12,275 nt of DNA from Octopus sinensis. Lineage: Eukaryota. The DNA is taken from the NCBI RefSeq assembly GCF_006345805.1, contig NW_021826641.1, forward strand, positions 1 through 12,275. The letters are read 5' to 3'. Positions 1 through 8,138 of this stretch are shown here, in pieces. Both the position numbers and the translations under genes were made by a program. The stretch's first letter is position 1; every line of letters begins with the position of its first letter. Below the pieces are notes generated by a model. The model was not told where the DNA came from. It did not search any database and saw nothing but the letters and a program-made list of their open reading frames with translations.

Positions 1-203
1 CGTGAGAGAGGAAAGAGAAAGAGAAAGACATAGAGAGAGAGAGTAAGAGAGAGTGGGAGACAGACGGAGGGAGAAAGAGAGCGAGATTGAGAGAGAAAGA
101 GCAAAGAGAGTGGCAGTGGGAGAGTGAGGAAGAAATAGAGAGATAAAGAAACAGTGAGAGATCTGCAGTGGGGGAGGGAAAGAGAGAGAGAAAGAGAAAA
201 AGA
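1..203. repeat. Degenerate GA-rich (GA)n/(GAAA)n purine tract
   Basis: Almost pure A/G with GAGA and GAAAGA units, read directly from the sequence. Confidence 0.9.
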
Positions 204-329
204 TATATTTTTCTCGTTGGAGTCTCTCAGTGTGTTGACGTTTGAACACGCGTGTGTGATTGTGTCGCATACACGCTCCAAACTCAAGCCTTTACATACA
301 CAACATACATACATACACACACATATACA

Positions 330-330
<1 letters not shown>

Positions 331-384
<54 letters not shown>
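331..384. repeat. (ATCT)n tetranucleotide microsatellite
   Basis: Perfect ATCT array, about 13 units. Confidence 0.97.
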
Positions 385-674
385 ATGTTTCAATCATAAA
401 TATATATATATATATTCACACATGCCCATCAAAACCTCGTTTCAAAATAACAACGGACTAAAGGAATTACCTTCGGAACTCAATCAAAAATCGTACTATT
501 AATCACAGGTAAGTCAATGACTTCTAATTATCGATATAGTCTATTGTTTTTTTTTTTTATATACTTTTGCCGTTGTTATTTCACGAAGTTCAGCCATTTC
601 CATCGCATACTTGCGTTTATTTTCAGTAAATAGACGACACACCTTTTCGCCAGCTCTAGTCTCCCTCGTAAACA

Positions 675-1195
675 ACGAGGAAGCCGCTACGTGGTCGCAA
701 CGCCCGCTAGAAATAGCAGCAGCCAAATCTCTCTTAGACGACAACAATAAATACACAACCTGTCCTCTTACGAGAGTGGTGAGCTCCTGTATGTGACCGG
801 GTCGTTCGACCAGCTGGTATTAACGGCTAAATCTCCCGCAGATCATAGCATCTTGTCTCAAAGAAAGGAAAAAAGAAAAGCACTAAGTGAACACATTGGG
901 TAATGCGTCCATGAGTTGGTTACATCTAGGTTAAAGCGGTATCGCCATTCATGGGTGGAAAGGCTTCTCTTCAAAGGTTTTCTCAACCGGAGATTAACTG
1001 GGGCTATAGAACAAAAACAACAACAGCAGTAGCACCACCACCACCAGTAGTAGAAAGAGCAGCAAAGAACTCTATGTGGTCGACCTGTTTGCTAAAAATA
1101 GCAGCCTAACTTCCTGCAAAATCACACCCTTATTATCTTGTCACAGCAACAAAATAAATACCATACAGTGAGAATAGCATAATGTATCTAAAGTG

Positions 1196-1227
<32 letters not shown>

Positions 1228-1316
1228 AAGACAGGGTGGCCACAGTTAGCTTGTCTTGATCAATAGTTCTCCTCGATCGGCGTTTACCTGGAGATTAAAC
1301 AACAACAAAAACAACA
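675..1316 (+). mobile_element. Three diverged head-to-tail copies of an unclassified interspersed repeat ending in (CAA)n
   Basis: A motif like GTGGTC..CGACC.GCTAGAAATAGCAGCCAAATCTC recurs at 691-734, 799-837 and 1076-1114. Copies 2 and 3 end in CTGG(G/A)G(C/A)T(A/T)..AACAACAAC at 998-1024 and 1288-1316. Confidence 0.55.
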
Positions 1317-1517
1317 AAAATAACAGCACATATAGTGTTTTTGTCTCGCTTTTTATGAAAAAAAATTGATTTTATGATCTCTGATTGATAAGGTAGATAT
1401 AGCAAAACATCACGGTTGGGTTCGATTCTTACCCTCAGCTGCGTGTATGTATGTTTATCGTGGGGAGGAAATATGAATATAGCCTTCATAAGCGAAAGGA
1501 CGAAAAGGTGTTGGTTT

Positions 1518-2220
1518 GTATGTATGTATGTATGTATGTATGTATGTATGTGTGTATAATATATATATATATATATATAAATATATATAAAGAGAGAGAG
1601 AGTGAGAGATACATACACGTGCGTGTGCATATGCACACATGCATACATACATGCATACATACACATACATACATACATATTTAGGGTTGTGTATGTATCT
1701 GTGTGGAGGCATGTTACACTTACGATGTGTGTGTGTATGTGTGTGCGTGTGTGTGTGTATAAAGGTGCGTGCGCAGTGTGTGGTATGATTATACATTTAT
1801 ACACAAACACAAATGTGTGCTATCTAAATATCTAAGTTCATATATAACATATACAATGCTTATATATGCAGTTCGATGCAACTGGGAAATACGAAAGCGC
1901 ATAGGTGTGTTACACCTATGCGCAATATACACCTATGTGCATCCAAGTATGCGTCTATATATGTGTACACGCCCACACACACACACCACACACACACACA
2001 CACACACATATATATACATATGCATATACATATACATATATATATATATATATATATACATACATACACACTCACATACATACATACTACATACATATAT
2101 ATATATCTAATATATATAATATAATATATTATATATATATTAAGCATATATATATAAGCATATTGGTGTATGTTTATATGCATGTTGATATGTATACATA
2201 TATGTATGCACGAACGTAGT
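1518..2220. repeat. Compound microsatellite field (TATG)n, (TA)n, (GA)n, (CATA)n, (TG)n, (CA)n
   Basis: Interleaved di- and tetranucleotide arrays. These explain the ORFs at 1295-2237. Confidence 0.9.
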
Positions 2221-2224
2221 ATAT

Positions 2225-2628
2225 GTTGTATGTACACAGTATTGTATGTATGTATGTATGTATGTATGTATGTACGTATGTAAGGTATGTATGTAATGTA
2301 TGTATGTATGTATATAATGTATGTATGTATGTATAATGTACGTATGTAGGTGTATGTATGTATGTAGGTAGGTATGTATGTATGTATGTATTTATGTATG
2401 TAGGTATGTATGTATGTGGTAGGTATGTATGTAATGTATGTATGTTATGTATGTTATGTATGTAGGTATGTATGTATGTATTATGTATGTATGTATGTAT
2501 GTATGTAGGTATGTATGTATGTATGTAGGTATGTATGTATGTATGTATGTATGTATGTATGTATGTATGTAGGTATGTATGTATGTATGTAGGTATGTAT
2601 GTATGTATGTAGGTATGTATGTATGTAT
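2225..2628. repeat. (TATG)n microsatellite with TAGG/TAAT variants
   Basis: About 400 bp array read directly. Confidence 0.97.
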
Positions 2629-2687
2629 GCAAGTCGTTCAGCAAAGACCGGACACTCATACATCATATTCAACAGGAGATTCCAGCA

Positions 2688-2829
2688 TACATATATACAT
2701 ACATACATACATACATACATACATACATACATACATACATACATACATACATTCATCTATATATATACACACAGACAGAAATATGAGCAAACTTCCATAC
2801 ATACATACATACATACATACATACATACA

Positions 2830-2862
<33 letters not shown>
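2688..2862. repeat. (CATA)n microsatellite in two blocks
   Basis: Blocks at about 2688-2752 and 2797-2858. This is the reverse complement of the upstream (TATG)n. Confidence 0.95.
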
Positions 2863-2865
<3 letters not shown>

Positions 2866-3000
2866 CGCAGGAGTGGCTGTGTGGTAAGTAGCTTGCTTAC
2901 CAGCCACATGGTTCCGGGTTCAGTCCCACTGCGTGGCACCTTGGGCAAATGTCTTCTATAGCCTCGGGCCGACCAAAGCCGTGTGAGTGGATTTGGTAGA
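2866..3000 (+). mobile_element. tRNA-derived SINE type K, 5' half only
   Basis: Pol III A box TGGCTGTGTGG (2874-2884) and B box GGTTCAGTCCC (2917-2927). Near-identical to 7732-7848 (+) and 6061-6199 (-). Confidence 0.9.
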
Positions 3001-3142
3001 TGTATTTGTGTTTGTTTCTGTAGATTTTATTATTATTATTATTATTCAACGAAGCTTTATTAGAAATCTTTATTAGACTTTCTTGAATGGTAGACTTAAC
3101 CCGCCACCCGGTTCAGCACCATCACCTGGTTCCTTGGATGTC

Positions 3143-3319
3143 TTTGACTGCGGTCATGCTGGAGCACAGCCTTTAGTCGAACAAATCGACCCCATGTCTT
3201 ATTGTTTGTAAGCCTAGTTTTTATTCTATCGGTTACTTTTGCCAAACCGCTAATTTACGGGGACGTAGACACGCCACCATCGGTTGTCAGGTGATGGTGG
3301 GGGGACAAACACAGACACA
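3143..3319 (-). mobile_element. SINE type K, 3' half only
   Basis: Its reverse complement matches the 3' half of the 7732-8138 copy (GTCCCCCC...TTAGCGGTT.GGCAAAAG...CTCCAGCATG.CCGCAGTCAAA). Confidence 0.88.
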
Positions 3320-3341
3320 ATCTATATATATAGATTTGTAG

Positions 3342-3377
<36 letters not shown>

Positions 3378-3398
3378 CTGTGTGTGTGTGTCTAAAAC

Positions 3399-3711
3399 TG
3401 AAGGTGCGTGGCCCAGTGGTTAGGGTATTGGGCCCACGATCGTAAGGTCGTGAGTTCGAATCCCGGCAGTGCATTTGTCTTTAACCAAGACACTTTATTT
3501 CTCGTTGCTCCAGTCCAGTCTACTCAGCTGGCAAAAATGTGAAGTACCTGTATTCCAAAGGGCCAGCCTTGTCATGCTGAATTTCTCTGAGAACTACGTT
3601 TAGAGTACACGTGTCTGTGGAGTGCTCAGCCACTTCCACGTTAATTTCACGAGCAGGCTGTTCCGTTGATCAGATCAACTGGGACCCTCTTTGTCGTAAC
3701 CGACGGAGTGC
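3399..3711 (+). mobile_element. tRNA-derived SINE type B (head B + shared tail T1)
   Basis: A box TGGCCCAGTGG and B box GAGTTCGAATCCC. The tail from 3544 (GTACCTGTAT...TAACCGACGGAGTGC) matches 5046-5227. Homologous to 6986-7310 (-), with a short deletion between TGTCA direct repeats. Confidence 0.9.
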
Positions 3712-3742
3712 TATGTATATATATGTGTGTGTGTATGTGTGT

Positions 3743-3789
<47 letters not shown>

Positions 3790-3791
<2 letters not shown>

Positions 3792-4160
3792 AATTGAGAT
3801 AGGGGTTGTAAATGCAACCCTCCATGGGATAACATATATCCAATATACTGCTAGTGAAGTACCCAACAAGATTCATACATAAATGTTAAGGATTGCGATG
3901 CAATCAATTCATTTACTGTATTATATGGGCAAAGGTAAAATGTTTTACCACAGATTCATAATACAAAATCAGAAAATGGAGAAATACATCTTAATCAAAT
4001 ATCAATTACCAGATAATACTCAATCACATACTTTATTAAACCACCACATAAGAAACTATAGGGTTAAACATAAAAAAGTAGAGCAAAACAGTGTATATAA
4101 AGGAGTATACATAAAAATGTGTACATAAAAGAGTAATGTTATACAATAAGTTGAATATAT
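3790..4160. other. Unclassified A-rich segment bounded by (TA)n arrays
   Basis: Non-tandem sequence between two (TA)n runs, with four short hairpins in its first 160 bp. Probably a repeat, but I cannot assign a family. Confidence 0.3.
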
Positions 4161-4166
4161 ATAAGA

Positions 4167-4168
<2 letters not shown>

Positions 4169-4199
<31 letters not shown>

Positions 4200-4243
4200 T
4201 AGATAGATAGGAGAGAGAGAGAGAGAGAGAGAGGAAGAGAGAG
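4169..4243. repeat. (TA)n-(GATA)n-(GA)n compound microsatellite
   Basis: Read directly. Confidence 0.95.
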
Positions 4244-4599
4244 ACTGTGAGGTGGGGGAGATTAGTGTAGTAGCAAGTTAGACCACTTTACATTCTGAGT
4301 TCAATCCCTCTCAGCCATGCTTTCTCTCTGGGGTCTCTTAAAAGGAGTTGCATGACTGGAGCAGATGCAACCTACTATAGTCTCTCTTCTAAAACGCAGC
4401 CACCACCACCACCACCTCCACCACCACCACCACAACAACAACAACCATCATTATCAATTGTAAAAAAAGCCTTTGGGGGGGGGGTACCTACATTGAGCCA
4501 ACTGCAATCAATGGAGGGTTTATGAGAATATTACATTCTGTTATTGTCAAAACATGTCGCACGAAAATCGAAAGGCACCGTCTTCGGTAAACATGATGA

Positions 4600-5400
4600 T
4601 GCTATTCATAATGACAATCTTTATCCCTAATACCAATAGCAATACTAATAATCACTATTGTTTGGTTGTCATCAAAATCTTGCGTTGTCTCATAACACCC
4701 ATGGTCATCATTTCTATCGATGGTAGCAATCATAAATTCGGAGAAATTTGTCGTTGGCTTCAAAGACGTTCCTCTCACTCGGTATCGTGTGAGGGTTTGT
4801 CGTTAGTCATCGAATGACTCTTTCACAAAGTCTCTACATCCACCGTGTGGAGGCGCAATGGCCCAGTGGTTAGGGCAGCGGACTCGCGGTCATAGGATCG
4901 CGGTTTCGATTCCCAGACCGGGCGTTGTGAGTGTTTATTGAGTGAAAACACCTAAAGCTCCACGAAGCTCCGGCAGGGGATGGTGGTGATCCCTGCTGTA
5001 CTCTTTCACCACAACTTTCTCTCACTCTTACTTCCTGTTTCTGTTGTACCTGTATTTCAAAGGGCCGGCCTTGTCACTCTCTGTGTCACGCTGAATATCC
5101 CCGAGAACTACGTTAAGGGTACACGTGTCTGTGGAGTGCTCAGCCACTTACACGTTGATTTCACGAGCAGGCTGTTCCGTTGATTCGGATCAACCGGAAC
5201 ACTCGTCGTCGTAACCGACGGAGTGCTTCCACACATCTACCGTAGTTCTTCCAATACTTTCACCTGTAAGCCGTGTACATCTGGCTGTTAGCTTTAGATT
5301 GTAGGCTGCTATGCCTTACCTGTTTCCAAATAGGGTATCTTTTTCCATATTTACCACTAAACCTTTGTATCTAGAGTTCATTCTTCCATCTACCGCAAGA
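4600..5400 (-). pseudogene. Highly decayed RTE-like LINE reverse-transcriptase relic, split by a SINE
   Basis: The minus strand at about 5385-5325 reads RWKNEL, then after a +1 frameshift YKGLVVNMEK. This resembles the W-K-x-x-L-E-x-K-G-L-x-V-N-x-x-K-T motif that follows YADD in RTE-clade RTs. Stops and frameshifts throughout; YADD itself is not seen. Confidence 0.4.
4847..5232 (+). mobile_element. Full-length tRNA(Arg)-like SINE type A (head A + tail T1) with 11-bp target-site duplication
   Basis: A box TGGCCCAGTGG, D-arm GCCC/GGGC, B box GGTTTCGATTCCC. TSD ACATCCACCGT (4836-4846) / ACATCTACCGT (5233-5243), 10 of 11 identical. Confidence 0.93.
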
Positions 5401-5415
5401 CAGTAAGCTGGGTAG

Positions 5416-5418
<3 letters not shown>

Positions 5419-5449
<31 letters not shown>
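5419..5449. repeat. (CT)n microsatellite
   Basis: Read directly. Confidence 0.95.
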
Positions 5450-5454
<5 letters not shown>

Positions 5455-5729
5455 AGTCAGATAAATAATACTCCTTTACTCTTTTACTTGTTTCAGTCAT
5501 TTGACTGCGGCCATGCTGGAGCACCGCCTTCAGTCGAGCAAATCGACCCCAGGATTTATTCTTTGTAAGCCTAGTACTTATTCTATCGGTCTATTTTGCC
5601 GAACCGCTAAGTTGCGGGGACGTAAACACACCAGCATCAGTTGTCAAGCGATGTTGGGGGGACAAAGAGAGACACACAAACATACACACACACACACATA
5701 CATACATACATGTATATATTTATTCAAAA

Positions 5730-5940
5730 TGTGACCGCGTGTGTACCGTTGGCGATTTTTTTCCCTCCGTCTTCCCTTCCTTGGATCTTTCGTTTTCCTA
5801 TGTTTCTGACGAAGAGCTCCGCTCGAAACGTTAAATCACATTTCTATCTTTCCTTTCCTGAGCGTCTAATAACACTATACTTGTTCCACGTCCCTCGCGT
5901 TGTTGTGTTTTCTCTTTGTGTTTTCATGTTTGGATTAACT
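5730..5940 (+). mobile_element. Penelope-like element pLTR / retrozyme-like fragment
   Basis: Pyrimidine-rich ~210 bp unit sitting in an (AT)-type microsatellite and carrying the CTGACGAAG...CGAAACGTT hammerhead signature typical of Penelope-like pLTRs. The class assignment is inferred from the ribozyme motif. Confidence 0.6.
5802..5836 (+). ncRNA. Minimal type-I hammerhead ribozyme motif
   Basis: CUGACGA 5806-5812, extra A 5813, stem II GAGC(UCC)GCUC 5814-5824, GAAA 5825-5828, palindromic ACGU 5828-5831 in place of stem III. Predicted GUU cleavage after 5832. Stem I is GUUU 5802-5805 / AAAU 5833-5836. Confidence 0.7.
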
Positions 5941-6200
5941 TTATATGTATATGTTATGTATATATATATATATATTCTATATATATATATATATTATATA
6001 TATATATATATATATCTTATATATATACACATATATACGACGGGCTTTTTTCAGTTTTCCTCTACCAAATCCACTCACAAGGCTTAGGTCAGCCCAAGGC
6101 TACAGTAGAAGACACTTGCCCAAGGTGCCACGCAGTGGGACTTAACTCGGTACCATGCGGTTCGTAAGCAAGCTACTTACCACACAGCCACTCCTACGCA

Positions 6201-6312
6201 TAATAATAAAATTATTCCGTTCCACTATAGGCACAATGTCTGAAATTTGTGGGGAGAGGACTAGCCAATTACATCGATCCCGGTGTTACTTAATTTATCG
6301 ATCTCCAAAAGG
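6201..6312 (-). mobile_element. SINE type C, 3' fragment
   Basis: The reverse complement CCTTTTGGAGATCGATAAATTAAGTA...GATCGATGTAATT...TGTGCC resembles the 3' parts of 9349-9498 and 9795-9982, and ends in a (TTA)-type tail. Confidence 0.7.
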
Positions 6313-6583
6313 TAGTGCTCATCAGCAGCACAGCCAAGCCGAAGATATTTGGAAATTATCTCTAGTAGTCCCCGACCCCAAAATTCCCCTGCAGTGTCTA
6401 GCCAGTTTGTTTTCGTCGATGCTGAGGGTTTCTCCGTGGATATCATTGCTCCTAATCACCACTAGTCTTCTTTGTATATTGCTAAAGTGGAACTTCAGTC
6501 ATTTCTTTGACTTTGCTATCAGCGTCCATTCATTCATAAAATGACTTGTGACAAAAGGGCTTACAAAACGTGGGCAGAAACAA

Positions 6584-6949
6584 ATACATACATACATACA
6601 TACATACATACATACATACATACATACATACATACATGCATGCATGCATACATACATACATACATACATACATGCATGCATGCGTACGTACGTACGTACG
6701 TACATACATACATACATACATACATACATACATACATACGTACGTACATACATACATACATACATACATACGTACATACATACGTACATACATACATACA
6801 TACGTACGTTCGTACATACATACATACATACGTACATACATACATACATACGTACGTACATACGTACATACGTACATACATACATACATACATGCATACA
6901 TACATACATGCATGCATGCATGCATGCATACATACATACATACATACAT

Positions 6950-6980
<31 letters not shown>
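6584..6980. repeat. (CATA)n array with CATG and CGTA variant blocks, ending in (CAGA)n
   Basis: Read directly. It explains all ORFs at 6499-7207. Confidence 0.97.
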
Positions 6981-6985
6981 TAATA

Positions 6986-7310
6986 GGAGCACTCCGTCGG
7001 TTACGACGACGAGGGTCCCAGCTGATACGATCAACGGTACAGCCTGCTCGTGAAATTAACGTGCAAGTGGCTGAGCACTCCACAGACACGTGTCCCCTTA
7101 ACGTAGTTCTCAGGGAGATGCGGCGTGACACAGAGTGTGACAAGGCCGGCCCTCTGAAATACAGGTACAACTCATTATTGCCAGCTGAGTGGACTGAAGC
7201 AACGTGAAATAAAGTGTCTTGCTCAAGGACACAACGCGTCGCCGGGAATCGAACTCACGACGTAACAATCGTGAGCCGAATGCCCTAACCACTAAGCAAC
7301 GCGCCTTCAC
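6986..7310 (-). mobile_element. Full-length SINE type B (head B + tail T1)
   Basis: The reverse complement starts GTGAAGGCGCGTTGCTTAGTGGTTAGGG, has B box GAGTTCGATTCCC and a GTGTCCTTGAGCAAGACACTT segment, and its tail is about 90% identical by eye to 5046-5227. Confidence 0.93.
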
Positions 7311-7323
7311 ACATAGATAGATA

Positions 7324-7354
<31 letters not shown>

Positions 7355-7387
7355 CATACATACATACATACATACATACATACATGC

Positions 7388-7418
<31 letters not shown>

Positions 7419-7468
7419 CATGCATGCATACATACATACATACATACATACATACATACATACATACA

Positions 7469-7500
<32 letters not shown>
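7311..7500. repeat. (GATA)n-(CATA)n microsatellite
   Basis: Read directly. Confidence 0.95.
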
Positions 7501-7501
<1 letters not shown>

Positions 7502-7731
7502 GCTTACAAGTTATTAATGGATATAAAATAAAACAGAAAACGGAAAAGGTTAACCCAGCCAACAAAGGTGACATGTCATAATTCTGATCATCTTCCTCTT
7601 CCACGTACTACACATTCAGATGTTCAAAATGTTCAGTTCCGAAGTGTTTGTGAGCAGTCCGTGTGAGACTGGTTGAAAAGGTGCCCACGTTTTCCTAAAC
7701 GCTAACATATAGGCGCTAAAACGCTAATATA

Positions 7732-8138
7732 TAGGCGCAGGAGTGGCTGTGTGGTAAGTAGCTTGTTTACCAACCACATGGTTCCGGGTTCAGTCCCACT
7801 GCTATAGCCTCGGGCCGACCAAAGCCTTGTGAGTGGATTTGGTAGACGGAAACTGAAAGAAGCCCGTCGTATATATGTATATATGTATATGAATGTGTAT
7901 ATGTGTGTGTGTGTTTGTGTGTCTGTGTTTGTCCTCCCAACATCGCTCTACAACCGATGCTGGTGTGTTTATATACCCGTAACTTAGCGGTTCGGCAAAA
8001 GAGACCGATAGAATAAGTACTAGGCTTACAAAGAATAAGTCCTGGGGTCGATTTGCTCGACTAAAGGCGGTGCTCCAGCATGGCTGCAGTCAAATGACTG
8101 AAACAAGTAAAAGAGTAAAAGAGTAAGGAGTAAAAGAG
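7732..8138 (+). mobile_element. Near full-length SINE type K with internal (TA)/(TG) microsatellite and a ~24-27 bp deletion in the head
   Basis: A and B boxes present. It lacks GTGGCACCTTGGGCAA(G/A)TGTCTTC, which is seen at 2933-2956 and in the 6038-6199 copy. The 3' end is (GAGTAAAA)n. Confidence 0.93.

Larger units (their letters stand above)
5469..6199 (-). mobile_element. Full-length SINE type K whose internal microsatellite is interrupted by a nested insertion
   Basis: Head at 6038-6199 and 3' half at 5469-5690 both match 7732-8138 in reverse complement. It ends in (GAGTAAAA)-type repeats. The internal (CA)/(TA) array contains foreign sequence at 5730-5940. Confidence 0.9.

Noticed and set aside
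506-514. Consensus splice donor CAG|GTAAGT
   Set aside because: The upstream frame from ATG 422 stops at 502 and there is no clear acceptor. A lone 9-mer is not enough, though a UTR exon is not excluded.
1380-1440. B-box-like GGGTTCGATTC
   Set aside because: No convincing A box, T-stem or SINE body. At most a very decayed head.
1480-1510. GAAAGGACGAAA, which looks like hammerhead stem II plus GAAA
   Set aside because: There is no upstream CUGANGA-GUCC, so it is coincidental.
4847-4925. tRNA gene calls for the SINE heads (also 3399, 7310, 10030, 11107)
   Set aside because: A and B boxes and a D arm are present, but there is no proper acceptor stem or anticodon arm, and each head continues into a SINE body.
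5314-5322. Minus-strand donor CAG|GTAAGG
   Set aside because: It lies inside the putative RT relic and has no upstream polypyrimidine acceptor.
6305-6330. CTGATGA on the minus strand
   Set aside because: No stem II or GAAA follows; it runs straight into a SINE fragment.
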